In this document: in pieces, positions 39,280-50,502 of the stretch
Numbering within the stretch: the stretch's first letter is position 1
Layout of the letters: every line of letters starts with the position of its first letter
NCBI GenBank assembly: GCA_020184695.1
Contig: JAANOX010000036.1
Span: forward strand, 1-64,000
Origin: Histomonas meleagridis 2922-C6/04-290x
Lineage: Eukaryota; Protista; Parabasalia
Direction: 5' to 3'
DNA length: 64,000 nucleotides
The notes under the pieces: generated by a model
The model's database searches: none
What the model saw: only the letters and a program-made list of their open reading frames with translations
What the model was told of the DNA's origin: nothing
Translations under genes and position numbers: made by a program

Positions 39280-42084
39280 TTAATCCGTGTTGATTATATT
39301 ATCAACAATTTTAAACAAATCGTTTAACGATTCCATCAAAGTTTCTTCTGTAACATCGTCCATATAACTTACTTCTATTATATCAATCAATTTCCTTCTA
39401 AATATAACTTTAAAATTTTTCTTACATACCACATCCAACACAACAGTACAATCATTATATTTCAATTTAGTTTTTTCTATTGTTTCAACCCAATTAATTT
39501 TTAACTCTGTACAAGAATCGACTAATTTCTTTACAACTTCCATTACAACTTTCACCAATCTTAAATCGAATTTCATTAAATGAACAACAAAACTTGCTAC
39601 AATTCTTAATGTATCTAAGTCACCATAATTATAATTTAAGAAAGCTTTTAAATTAGATGCAAGTGGTGTTTGTGAATCATTATCAGCTGAAGCAAATTTA
39701 ATCGAATCAGGGCCTAAACAACACCAAACTTCATGATATTTAACATTGCCAGGGAAAGGAGAAACTAATTCATTTCTACCTTCCGAATACAAAAAGTTTC
39801 TAAATCCAGCATTTACCATACATTCCTTATTTCTAAAGAAGTTTTCGACATAAGTTTTAAACAAATGAATTTGTGACATATGAATTACAATAGATATGTG
39901 ACTAACTTTTTTTATGTTACAAATTTCAGGGAAAAGTTTTATTGGAATTCTAAGTTCTGTGCTATTATTAATTGATGGAATTATAAGTTGAAATGTTTGC
40001 GATGGTCTTAAGATAATATTAACTGTATATAAATTTTTATATATTAGAAAGAATGAACTATCTTCTTTTAATGATACAATTAACCATTCATAAGTATTAG
40101 GATTTGATGAAAATGAATTAAATAAAACATTTAATGGTATTAAGCTCATGTTTAAAAAGCTTGAAAATGAAAATATTGGATTGTTTGTATTTTCTTCATT
40201 AATTTGATATTGTAATTGAATGTATGGAACTAAATTAAATTTAATTTCAGGAAAATGTTTCATATTACAAATATAAATTTCATTAATTTTCTGTATTTGT
40301 TCAAGTGATATAAATATTTTTGAACATTCGTTATGAATTAATTTAATACTAAAATGTAACGAATCAATTGTATCAAGTTTTTGTATTGTATTTATTGAGA
40401 GATTACTTGAAGCTTGTGTTTTAATTTGTTGATACATATTAAGAACTGAAATTATTTGTGAAATATATTCAACAAAACGTATCGATATTGACTTCCCATA
40501 TATGGAATATGATACATCGCTATATTTTGAATTACTTAATTTTATATGCCAACAAAGTGTTTTACTAATTGTTAATGTAATATTATAAAATATATTTGAG
40601 GAATTAAAAAAAATTTTATTTGATTTAACTAAAAATATTGGAATTTTATTCTCGAAATTTTTAAAAATTTGTAGTTTAATTAATGAAATTATGATAACTT
40701 TTGATAACACTTTAATTTGTTGAATGTCATTGAGAATTAAAAACTTATTACAAAGTTTTTTAGTCTCATTTGAATATATTAAAACATATTTAGTAGTTGT
40801 TAATATGTCGAATTTTATATAATAATCATTTGCATATGAAAATCGAATGATTTTATCATTTGTTGACATTATATTTGAAATTAATTTATTCTCAAAAAAT
40901 ATAGAAGAATATACAATAAAAAGCATTGATTTATATGCTTCATGTTTATCTTCATTAGATCCTTCAATTTGTCTGATTATTTCATCTGAATTTGTTTTAA
41001 GTTTTGAATATTGTTTCATTTGAATTTTAAATTCTCTATTAATTGTAAATGAAAAAAATTCAAAACCAAAACAAGAAATAGAAATAATTCGATTTTGCCT
41101 TAAAATAGAAAATGAATTTACAGAAAATAATTTAAAAGTTTCATGAAATGACATTAAAAAATGATTTAAACGTGTTTCATATATTGATATTTCAAGAAAT
41201 TGAAGAAATTGATTTATTTGATTGGAATCATTTATAATTTCAAATGAAATTAAACATTTCTCTCCTGTGTCTTGTAAAATCATCTCTTGAAGAGATGAAA
41301 AAAATATTTTGTTCCCAAATTTGTTGATTTTAAATTTGTATGAAGTTAGCCGGTGCGATAAGAAAATTGTATTGTTTACAAGAGACGTTTGGAAGCTTCC
41401 CAAAAATTTGGTATTATTACGCAAATTCTGGTAAATTGCAAGAAATTCCCCATGCAACACCAACTTACGAAAAGCATAAAAATATCCAGCTGTTGTCATT
41501 TTCATTTTTGATATATATCTAATATATTTGATTGGAATTGTTTGATCTAATGATGAGGGCCATGGAACTTTTACAGAAGAAATCATGGGTGGCTTTGACT
41601 TGGTGATCTTAAAAGTAACTATTATATCATAGCAAAAAAAAACTTGAATATAATTTTGAATTTGAGTTAATGTTTTAATAAAACTTTTGTTTAACCCTAA
41701 AAGAAATTTAATTATTTGATGTTTTCTAGTTATTTTTAATGCATTTTTATATTTATATTGATTTAGGGATAAGTTTTTGAAACGTGGTATGGGAGGTAAG
41801 GCTGCATTTGATGATTTTAAATCTAATATATTTTTACTTCTGTTTTTATCATTAAAAATTGGTTGTATTAATGAATTTACATATATGTTAGCTAATCTTG
41901 AATTATTAAATCGATACAAAACAAGAAAATGTGTAAATGTCACCTTAACTTCGTATAATATTTTCATTAATGAATATCGTTTAGTTTGCATTTTTTCTTC
42001 TTTGCTTAATAAAATTAAAAATGATTTTTCACTCTGTCTTAGCGTGTCATGTAGAACTCTGAACAATGGCACACAAGCTCTCAT
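39280..42084 (-). CDS. Large hypothetical protein; N-terminus resembles Mediator subunit Med14/Rgr1
   Basis: VPLFRVLHDTLRQSEKSFLILL..KRYSLMKILYEVKVTFTHFLVLYRF parallels the Med14 N-terminal helices; first ATG at 42084. Confidence 0.45.
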   Translation of the reverse strand: MRACVPLFRVLHDTLRQSEKSFLILLSKEEKMQTKRYSLMKILYEVKVTFTHFLVLYRFNNSRLANIYVNSLIQPIFNDKNRSKNILDLKSSNAALPPIPRFKNLSLNQYKYKNALKITRKHQIIKFLLGLNKSFIKTLTQIQNYIQVFFCYDIIVTFKITKSKPPMISSVKVPWPSSLDQTIPIKYIRYISKMKMTTAGYFYAFRKLVLHGEFLAIYQNLRNNTKFLGSFQTSLVNNTIFLSHRLTSYKFKINKFGNKIFFSSLQEMILQDTGEKCLISFEIINDSNQINQFLQFLEISIYETRLNHFLMSFHETFKLFSVNSFSILRQNRIISISCFGFEFFSFTINREFKIQMKQYSKLKTNSDEIIRQIEGSNEDKHEAYKSMLFIVYSSIFFENKLISNIMSTNDKIIRFSYANDYYIKFDILTTTKYVLIYSNETKKLCNKFLILNDIQQIKVLSKVIIISLIKLQIFKNFENKIPIFLVKSNKIFFNSSNIFYNITLTISKTLCWHIKLSNSKYSDVSYSIYGKSISIRFVEYISQIISVLNMYQQIKTQASSNLSINTIQKLDTIDSLHFSIKLIHNECSKIFISLEQIQKINEIYICNMKHFPEIKFNLVPYIQLQYQINEENTNNPIFSFSSFLNMSLIPLNVLFNSFSSNPNTYEWLIVSLKEDSSFFLIYKNLYTVNIILRPSQTFQLIIPSINNSTELRIPIKLFPEICNIKKVSHISIVIHMSQIHLFKTYVENFFRNKECMVNAGFRNFLYSEGRNELVSPFPGNVKYHEVWCCLGPDSIKFASADNDSQTPLASNLKAFLNYNYGDLDTLRIVASFVVHLMKFDLRLVKVVMEVVKKLVDSCTELKINWVETIEKTKLKYNDCTVVLDVVCKKNFKVIFRRKLIDIIEVSYMDDVTEETLMESLNDLFKIVDNIINTD

Positions 42085-43049
42085 GCTGTGAGAAATCACC
42101 TCTGTTTTTTGGGTAGATGTGTGGCCAAAATGCAAACGCGTTTTTTGTATCTTTTAATCAATAGTTTACAATAACTGAATAATTGTATCAGCAACCGCCC
42201 TACAAAAAACAATTTGAATAATATTTTATGGTTTTATATATGCCACTTCACAAATGGTGATCATATATTTGTAAAAAATAATTATAAATTAAATATATCA
42301 TCACCCAAATACCAACACAACATTCCGAGTCAACAATCGACATCTAAATATCTGTTGCCATATATAATAATTTGAATAATATTATTCGTGCACAAATCAT
42401 TTGGCAACACGATTATATATCAAATTTTTCTGAGAAAAAATTGACAAAAGTCGAACGTTAAATTGAATTATTGAATGCTTCGAACAATATCAATTTTGAG
42501 TGTTATCTATGGCTATGAGTGTTGAAACGATATATCGAGAAAATCATATTGAAATAAAAAAATTATTAGTGACAATGCTATCACATATGAGCGATTAGGC
42601 TGAAATTAGAAATAAAATTGTGAAAAGAAATTATGATGTTAAACGTTTCATCGTTGATTCTTTGCACACATATTAGAATTAGTTATCAATTGCATTCAAA
42701 ATTTCAACAAAATTTATATTAAGTACATATTACCAATCAACAACATTAATAATGAATGATATAAAATTTCTATATTGATGCTCAACATATTTACGATGTT
42801 AGCATTTAAATCAGAAAAAAATGAAGATCATAGATCAAATTTAATTTTATTTACCAAATTCATCATATTCTTGAATTAGCAAACACAATGTTACATAATG
42901 AAAATACCAAATTACATAATATTCTATAAAAATATCAAATTCAAAATCCAATTATTGACGACAAGTAATTTTTCAAATTTTTATTTTTACAATTTTTGCT
43001 ATTAAATTGTCCAAAAAAAATTACTTAAATTTAATTCGCTTTTTCATTT

Positions 43050-45164
43050 TTATTTATTTGCCGTTTTATATGCATTTAAATATTCGTCTTTCTTTATCAT
43101 ATTTCTGTCATAAGCATTCATTAAAACTCTCCAATCATCTTTAATTTCATCGCCAGGGTTTTGTAGTATTGACAAAACCGATTCGAACGATCCGATCATT
43201 ATTTTCTTTTTTGCCAATTCGACGATACCCAATCCCAATGAAATTAACGTTCTCGTACCGAATGCCAAATACCGATCAAAAATTCGCAGCTTTACAACAG
43301 GCGGGAATTCCACGTTCATGAACGCGCATAAAAACCACGGCATTGTATAGAAAGTGTGATCAATATGTAACTCCCCGACAATTTTTTCATGAATTTTAGG
43401 GTACTTTTTTGCCAGGATTAAGTCCCAAGCTTTATTCACCTTATGTAACCCACTAAAATCATTAATAAATAATTCACGTTGTCGATGATTATTCCCATTC
43501 ATAATCGCCACGAAACATTTAAATGTTGTTTCTTCATCCATATAATTCATTAACATCGCTGCTATAAATCCCATTCCTTGATAATACCCTAATTCGCGGT
43601 CAAAGTTACTATAAGCTCTAAGTACTCTATACAATGAAACCTTCAAGTTTTGTTGCCTAAATATTAATACTTTCGGCATTGTTCGTGGTATATCGACAAG
43701 GATAACATGATTACTCGGCGGTTCTCCAATGGAAAAATATTCGTCGACACTTAATAAATCATTTCTTATCTCGCTCTGTAAGATTAAGTTCCATGCTAAT
43801 GACCGCATACAATCGGGAATGCCTTTGTTGATACGTCGATCCAAAACTTTCCTTTTTCGAAGTGAATACGTTTCCCATTTCCGTGTCATTTCAATCCATT
43901 TGATCTCGCGCTCTTTTTCTTTCTTGGATTCCAATTTTTGGCGTTTCTTTTCTTCATTAGTATCGGCAGTTTCAATGACCCATCCATAGCGATCGATTTT
44001 CGCAGGCGCATCACTGCTTTGGTCCTCGCAGAGATATTTGGAGTCCGCGGAATCAACAAATGGTAAATCATTGGATGTGTGGGCGCGTTGCTTAAGATGT
44101 GGACCGGGGTGTTCATTAGTCATCTCTTGCGTTACATCATTAGATGTGGACGCGCGTTGAAGTTTATTAACAGATCGTTTGGAACGAATTGATTTGCCGT
44201 TTTTGGCTTTTGCCTTTCGAGCGGCAATTTTGGGTTTGCCCTTGGCTTTAGTGGCTCCTTTCTTGTGTTTACGTGGAGACGACTGCTTGGATGGCTTCTT
44301 GAGCTTTGTTTCTGTAGGTGGTTTGGGAGTCTGCTCATTTGCATCTGGCTGCAAAAGAGAGGACTCGATAGAAGAAAGACGATTTCGATGAACGATTTCT
44401 GGAGATTCATCAGATGAAATATCTGAAGTGGTGGAACTGGAGCTTTCGGATTTATCTGAAGTGCTTTTCGATTTTTTGGAGCTGTCTGATTTATTATTGA
44501 CTTCTAAATCATGCGAACTTTCTGAGCGTTTGGAACTGTCTATGTTCGTAGAACTTTTTGATTGTCTGGAATCTTCTGATTTATTATTGAATTCTAAATC
44601 ATGTGAACTTTCTGAGCGTTTGGAACTATCTGTGTTAGTGGAACTTTTTGATTGTCTGGAATCTTCTGATTTATTATTGACTTCTAAATCATGTGAACTT
44701 TCTGAGGGCTTTGAACTATCTGTGTTAGTGGAACTTTTTGATTTACTTACTTCTATGTTATCCGAACTCTCTGAATGATTAGAATTATCTGAGCTTGTAG
44801 AACTTCTTGATTTTTTGGAACTATCTGTTACATTACTGACTTCTGAGTTATGTGAGCTTCCTGAATGATTAGAATTATCTGAGCTTGTAGAACTTCTTGA
44901 TTTTTTGGAACTTTCTGATTTATTGCCGGCTTCTAAATTATGTGAGCTTCTAGATACACTTGAGTTTTCTGAACTATTATAGGAGCTACTTGAACTCGTA
45001 GACTTTTTTGATTGACTTGTGCTACTGCTTTTTGAAAAAATGGGTTCTGATCTATTCGAGCTTTCTGTGCTGCTACTATTGCTACTTGAAGAGGTAGGTT
45101 TATCATAATCACTGGTGCTATCTGAATTCTGTGATGAAGTGCTCTCTGTATCAGATTTTTCCAT
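43050..45164 (-). CDS. TBC-domain Rab-GAP with Ser-rich repetitive N-terminus
   Basis: KGIPDCMRSLAW, ILVDIPRT, YYQGMGFIAA and LRIFDRYL. Confidence 0.93.
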   Translation of the reverse strand: MEKSDTESTSSQNSDSTSDYDKPTSSSSNSSSTESSNRSEPIFSKSSSTSQSKKSTSSSSSYNSSENSSVSRSSHNLEAGNKSESSKKSRSSTSSDNSNHSGSSHNSEVSNVTDSSKKSRSSTSSDNSNHSESSDNIEVSKSKSSTNTDSSKPSESSHDLEVNNKSEDSRQSKSSTNTDSSKRSESSHDLEFNNKSEDSRQSKSSTNIDSSKRSESSHDLEVNNKSDSSKKSKSTSDKSESSSSTTSDISSDESPEIVHRNRLSSIESSLLQPDANEQTPKPPTETKLKKPSKQSSPRKHKKGATKAKGKPKIAARKAKAKNGKSIRSKRSVNKLQRASTSNDVTQEMTNEHPGPHLKQRAHTSNDLPFVDSADSKYLCEDQSSDAPAKIDRYGWVIETADTNEEKKRQKLESKKEKEREIKWIEMTRKWETYSLRKRKVLDRRINKGIPDCMRSLAWNLILQSEIRNDLLSVDEYFSIGEPPSNHVILVDIPRTMPKVLIFRQQNLKVSLYRVLRAYSNFDRELGYYQGMGFIAAMLMNYMDEETTFKCFVAIMNGNNHRQRELFINDFSGLHKVNKAWDLILAKKYPKIHEKIVGELHIDHTFYTMPWFLCAFMNVEFPPVVKLRIFDRYLAFGTRTLISLGLGIVELAKKKIMIGSFESVLSILQNPGDEIKDDWRVLMNAYDRNMIKKDEYLNAYKTANK
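44440..44960 (-). repeat. Coding tandem repeats (~90 nt / 30 aa; SKSSTNTDSSKRSESSHDLEVNNKSEDSRQ-type)
   Basis: Three near-identical plus two related 30-aa units in the TBC gene. Confidence 0.9.
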
Positions 45165-45718
45165 TTAAATCTTGGGCGTTATTATCTTACCAAAATTGTA
45201 AGCCAATCGTTTTCGTCAGAACTTTCAAACAAACCAATTCAAACGATGGCAAAAATAGGAACAATAAGAAAAAAGAATTTATGAATAGAATTAGTGTTAA
45301 TAATAACCATTTCCAATGTCTAAACACGACAAGTAAAAAAATTATAAGTTCATTAGGAATGGGAATTTGAAGGAAGAAATACATTTAGGAAAAAATTTTC
45401 AGACCTCCAACCCGCCGCTTTTTGAACGTTCTTCAGCAAGTTTTTCCGTCATTTTTGATCGACTCATTGAAAATACTGTTATTTCAATACTTTATTCAAA
45501 AACGAACAAGTCGTTAAAATTTTTTTTTCTTACCATCATTACGGGCACCCCAATCGTCACTTTTCCCAATATGTATACATTCACAACAAAGCTGATATAA
45601 AAATGCATATTAACTCTCCAAAGGATTTACAACTATGAAATTACTTTGTTTAAAAAAAATTGATTGAGTCAAAGAAATTCATACATCAAAAATAATTAAA
45701 TGTATATTAATCCACTGT

Positions 45719-46054
45719 TTAGATATTGCTTGGGAAAAGCATAACACGGACCTTTTTGCCGAGCATAATTGGTGGAAGGTTGCGATCAAACTTTGCACGA
45801 ACAATGCCACTGTTTCCATGTTCTTGTGTGATAACACCCCAGTTGATGTGAGCATCGATCTTTTTACCATTTTTATCAACTTTAGCTTTGACATATGAAG
45901 CAACTTTCTTTCCAACATAGAATTTGGCTTCTTCCTTTGAATTTACCCCACTAATCTGAAGAAGAGCTTGATTTGGATTGATTTGGCGCTTGCTGCGACG
46001 GAATGATGTGAATACTGCACTAACCCAAAGTTTTGGTTGTTGCTCTGCTGACAT
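45719..46054 (-). CDS. RPL35A: 60S ribosomal protein L35a (eL33)
   Basis: FYVGKKVASY, WGVITQEHGNSGIVRAKF..LP..LGKKVRVMLFPSNI; ATG at 46054. Confidence 0.97.
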   Translation of the reverse strand: MSAEQQPKLWVSAVFTSFRRSKRQINPNQALLQISGVNSKEEAKFYVGKKVASYVKAKVDKNGKKIDAHINWGVITQEHGNSGIVRAKFDRNLPPIMLGKKVRVMLFPSNI

Positions 46055-46057
46055 GAG

Positions 46058-46089
46058 AAAGGAGGACCATAACCGCAAAAGGGGTGCCC
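46058..46089 (-). promoter_or_regulatory. GGGCACCCC + GCGGTTATGGTC + CCTTT promoter of RPL35A
   Basis: Minus strand reads gggcaccccttttgcggttatggtcctcctttctcATG. Confidence 0.8.
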
Positions 46090-46389
46090 TTAATCACGAT
46101 ACAATCAAGTAAACCATTGAATATAATTACTTTTTGGTCATGAAGTCGACTCTAAAGTGATTTTACTTCTTGTGTATTTTTATTTGAATTTTCGAAAATA
46201 TATTTTACACAATATTTTTGTGCAAAAGATAATGTAAAAAATATAAAAATAATAAGATAATAATGTTTTTAATAGTTTATTATAAGTAAATTAAGTTAAT
46301 ATCTCCAAAAGTTCTCTAATTTTTTCTTGTTATCAAATCTTTATTGTTGGCATTCAGAAAGTTTCAACTTTAAAAATTATCAATATTAT

Positions 46390-46740
46390 ATTGATCGCAG
46401 TTTCATATGAACGATTTTGTTGTTATGAAAAAAAAATTGAAAAATCAAGTCAACCACCAACGAATACCGATGAAGAAATAGGAAAAATGATATATGAGAA
46501 TATAATTATATTAAATGGTGGTACAATTGTTGATGGAATGCATGAATTGATAAAGAAATAAAGAGTAAAACGAAAAATAAAGAGGTTAAAGTGATATCTC
46601 CAGCTGGAAAAAAGACATCATGTCGAGTGCAGTATGCTGTGTATGTTGATAATAATATAAATAAAGTATGTGAATGAAAATGATTGCTAAAGACATGGAA
46701 TTCCCGTTGTATTACAAAATGTTGTGAAGAAAATATTAAA
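46390..46740 (+). pseudogene. Decayed actin-related fragment
   Basis: ERFCCYE, MIYENIIILNGGT and VKVISPAGKK correspond to actin ERFRCPE, LYANTVLSGGT and IKIIAPPERK; stops and frameshifts present. Confidence 0.5.
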
Positions 46741-46848
46741 TGCAATAAATTTTATCTAAGAATTTGAGAGTAATAAAAATATAAAATTATTTGAAAATCT
46801 CGTTTTTATTAAAGAAATATTATATCACAAAAGAAAGTTTTGTTTCGC

Positions 46849-49800
46849 TCAAAGAAGTGACAAACTTACACCACCTTCAACATCAGGTGAGATTTCACTT
46901 TCTTCTTTCTTTTGACACAATTTCTTAAGACATGAACATCGTTCTTTCTTTCGCTGTAACTTGTGATTTTCTGCAATACTTTCGAAATCAATTCCTTTAA
47001 ATCCATTTTCGATAACATTTTCCATAACATCGTACGGAACAGATGACCAAACTGTTTTAAATGAATCTTCGAGCAAATCTTTTAATTTATTTTCATTTAA
47101 GTTAAATTTCGGGTTTTTACTTTCTTTTTCAATATATTTATGAAGTTCCTTAATCGTAATTTCAACAATTTCATTCTCATCTCGATCTTTCTCATATTTC
47201 TCTTTCGACCATTTAAGAATACTTTCAAATATAGCTGAAAGTCGTTTCTTAATAGAATAAATATTATTAAACCATTCTTGAACAAATGTTGTTATAATTC
47301 CTATAGCACCACTTCCAACAATAACAGTAAAAATTGTTATTGTGATTTCAATTGCATTATTTAATTCACAACTTTCTGCTACTTTAGAACTTTTCTCTTG
47401 AATCATATTAAACCCTGTAGAATCATAACATCGATTATCATCTGTTGAATTACCTTGACATGTTGGCGGTACATTTGATAAACATTTAATTTCTAAATTA
47501 CCAAATGCTTTATCTCCGATAACAATACTTTCATTATTATATGTTTCTTTATCAAAATGAATTTCCGTAAATCCTTTACATAATAAAAATGCATTTCGAC
47601 CAATATATAATATATTTTTAGGTAATTCTAATACTTGTGTAAATCCCGTACAATATGCAAATGCTGAATCTCCAATATAAAATAATGAATCTGGTAATGT
47701 TAATTTATTTTCGAGTCCTTGGCAATTAAAGAATGCAAAATTACCTATCGAAATTAATGTATCTGGTAAATTTAATGTGCCTTTTAATGATGAACATGAA
47801 AAGAATGCATTATTCCCAATTTCTTTAAGAATTTTGGTATGAATTTCAAGTTGTCCATTAAACCCACTACATTCTGAAAATGCATAATCTCCAATATATT
47901 CAACATTATTTCCAATAATTAATGATCCTGTAAATGTTGAACATAATGCAAATGCATAACGATTAATAATTGTTACTTTATCTGGAATAATTAATGGGCC
48001 TGCAAAATTACAATTAGAAAATGCATATGCACCTATTTCAATAAGTGAATTAGGTAAAACTAATGATCCACTTAATGAACTACATCCTAAAAATGCATAT
48101 GATGATATAATTTCTAATTTCGTACAATTAGTAAAATCTAAAATACCATTTAACCCATTACAATTAGCAAATGCATTAGATCCAATAGAAATAAGATTAG
48201 TAGGTATAAATAATGAACCAGTAATTCCGGTACATCCTGAAAATGATTCTTGTCCAATATTAATAAGTCGTTCTGGTAATCGTGATGCTAATTCAAATGT
48301 ATTAATCTTCCAAAATGCTTCATCGTCAATACTTAAATTATTCCCTTGATAATCAAGATCAAGAAATTCTAATGACTTAAAATTAGGACATTGTTCAATA
48401 AAATGTGGACTAATTCTTGTAACACTTGATGCAATTCGAATATACTTTAATGTACTTGATCCCGTAATTGCATAAGAAGGTATAACTGACATTGTAAATG
48501 TAAATCTTTGATAACAAGAATCTTGAAATGCATAAGATTCCATTGATAAAATATTGGAACAATCAAAATCTAATAATGAACATTTATAGAAAGCATAAGA
48601 TTTAATTTCAATAATTCTTGAATTTTCATCAATGTTAATCGATTTAAGAGAAGGACAATTGGAAAACGAGTATTGCTTGAAAGTGATATTTGAATTTTTG
48701 AAATTAACAACACGAAGTGATGGAAAATCAGAAAATGCGTTTTCAAAGATATAATGATCATTATCTAAAGTAATTTCTTTAAGTTTTGGACAATTACTTA
48801 TTGAAATTTCATTTTCATAGCCAGCTCCACTAATAGTAATCGTTTCTAAGCTACTGCAATTACAAATAAAATCTTTGTAATAATATTGTGATCTTCCAAT
48901 GATAACTGTTCGAAGAGAATCACAATTCATAAAAACCTTATCAGAAATAGTTCTTTTTTCATTATCTTCAATTTCAACTGTCTGCAGAGATGAACACCCA
49001 TAAAATGCATATTCTAAAATAATTTTATTACCAAATAGAATAAGATTTGTTAAACTTGTACACATAGCAAAACTTCGATAACCAATTTCTATTGCATTCA
49101 TAACTCCAGCTGTTATTACTAAGCTCCGACATTGTTCAAATGCTGCAGTGCCAATCTTGATTTCAGGATCGACACCAAATAAAACATTTTTAATGTTTGT
49201 ATATGAAAAACTTGATGGACCAATATACATTGAATTATAAAACTTAAGATCGCATTCCAAGCCTGAATATTCAAAAGCACAAGTACTAATGTCCGTAATT
49301 GCTTTACCTAATGTTATCTTTGAAATATTTAATTGGTAAAAGGAATAACTTCCGATTGTAACAAGATCTTGAGGAAAAGAAATTTCACCAATTAAAGAAG
49401 TTTCCAAAAATGCAGAATCTTTAATCGTTTGTAAAACTGAATTAGCTTCAAATTCAAGAGAAGTGATTTGTGTGCCTTTAAATGCACTAGTTCCAATCGT
49501 TTCAAGTGATGATGGAATTTTTAAAACTCCTGTAAGTGTTGAATATTCAAAACCATAAGAATCAATGGTTTTAATGTTAGAGCCCTCTGAAAATATTAAC
49601 GAAGAAATACCTTGATTCAAAAAATATTCAGAACCAATATAGGTAATAGAACTAGGAATAGTTAGAGAACCATTTAAAAAAGCAGTAAGTTTTTCATGAA
49701 GTATTAATTGTACAACAGGATAATCTTTATTTTCATGTTGAATCGTAGAAGGAATATGTAAATTTTCAAAATCTTTAAGTATGTTTGTTAAAGTGGCTGT

Positions 49801-49908
49801 ATTTGTTGTAAGGTTAATGTAATATTCATAGGCGCCATCTACAGTGATAAAATATTCAGGAACATTCTCTTCTTCATGAGAAAAAAAGAAGATAAGGAAA
49901 CAGAACAT
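46849..49908 (-). CDS. BspA-like (TpLRR/LRR_5) surface protein with transmembrane segment and cytoplasmic tail, 1019 aa
   Basis: Many LPxxLxxIGxxAFxxC repeats; TM segment ITITIFTVIVGSGAIGIITTFV; N-terminal hydrophobic leader. Confidence 0.95.
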   Translation of the reverse strand: MFCFLIFFFSHEEENVPEYFITVDGAYEYYINLTTNTATLTNILKDFENLHIPSTIQHENKDYPVVQLILHEKLTAFLNGSLTIPSSITYIGSEYFLNQGISSLIFSEGSNIKTIDSYGFEYSTLTGVLKIPSSLETIGTSAFKGTQITSLEFEANSVLQTIKDSAFLETSLIGEISFPQDLVTIGSYSFYQLNISKITLGKAITDISTCAFEYSGLECDLKFYNSMYIGPSSFSYTNIKNVLFGVDPEIKIGTAAFEQCRSLVITAGVMNAIEIGYRSFAMCTSLTNLILFGNKIILEYAFYGCSSLQTVEIEDNEKRTISDKVFMNCDSLRTVIIGRSQYYYKDFICNCSSLETITISGAGYENEISISNCPKLKEITLDNDHYIFENAFSDFPSLRVVNFKNSNITFKQYSFSNCPSLKSINIDENSRIIEIKSYAFYKCSLLDFDCSNILSMESYAFQDSCYQRFTFTMSVIPSYAITGSSTLKYIRIASSVTRISPHFIEQCPNFKSLEFLDLDYQGNNLSIDDEAFWKINTFELASRLPERLINIGQESFSGCTGITGSLFIPTNLISIGSNAFANCNGLNGILDFTNCTKLEIISSYAFLGCSSLSGSLVLPNSLIEIGAYAFSNCNFAGPLIIPDKVTIINRYAFALCSTFTGSLIIGNNVEYIGDYAFSECSGFNGQLEIHTKILKEIGNNAFFSCSSLKGTLNLPDTLISIGNFAFFNCQGLENKLTLPDSLFYIGDSAFAYCTGFTQVLELPKNILYIGRNAFLLCKGFTEIHFDKETYNNESIVIGDKAFGNLEIKCLSNVPPTCQGNSTDDNRCYDSTGFNMIQEKSSKVAESCELNNAIEITITIFTVIVGSGAIGIITTFVQEWFNNIYSIKKRLSAIFESILKWSKEKYEKDRDENEIVEITIKELHKYIEKESKNPKFNLNENKLKDLLEDSFKTVWSSVPYDVMENVIENGFKGIDFESIAENHKLQRKKERCSCLKKLCQKKEESEISPDVEGGVSLSLL

Positions 49909-50201
49909 TTTCTCAGAATAGTCACTTTTCCGTCGCTATTTGAAAGCAGATCACAACAATCAATTCAATTTGTGATTATATCGTTTTTTCAAAGCAAATG
50001 GCTATTAATTCAATTTTGTGTGATTGAACGTGAATGAAAGAATCGGTGACGGTTATCAAACACCAAACATATCACTTCTTAGCTAAATTTTAGATATTCC
50101 AAGATAAGGGCTCTCACATATTAAATTTCCTGAATTCCAGCAACAATCGTAGCTCCTCCTGTTATAAAAATATGTTCCATATAATTTTTCGCTTTTCTTC
50201 A

Positions 50202-50411
50202 TCAATACTCATTAATAATTAATAATTCATATAAAAGATTAATAATTCCATCGTTACCCTTAAATAATTGTTCATAGCAACAAAGTCGTTCATGTGAAAC
50301 AATGATCACCTGATCAGCATAAATACAACATTGAGAATCATATTGATTAATTGCAAATAATATTCTTGCACCAAAACAACTTTTTCGTAATACAATGAAA
50401 ACGAACAACAA
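50202..50411 (-). pseudogene. Second decayed actin-related fragment
   Basis: LRKSCFGARILF..YADQVIIVSHERLCCYEQLF..GIINLLYE resembles actin [32 protein letters not shown]..GIHE. Confidence 0.55.
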
Positions 50412-50502
50412 TTTTTGATCGTTTTTAACTTCACTATTGACTCAACAAATTTCACAATAATTAAAAAAACAAAAATCCAATTGATCAAGTTTGAGTCTTG
50501 AT

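Noticed and set aside
42140-43050. Possible decayed ORF or transposon in the long intergenic gap
   Set aside because: Only short stop-riddled frames; no recognisable motif or terminal repeats.
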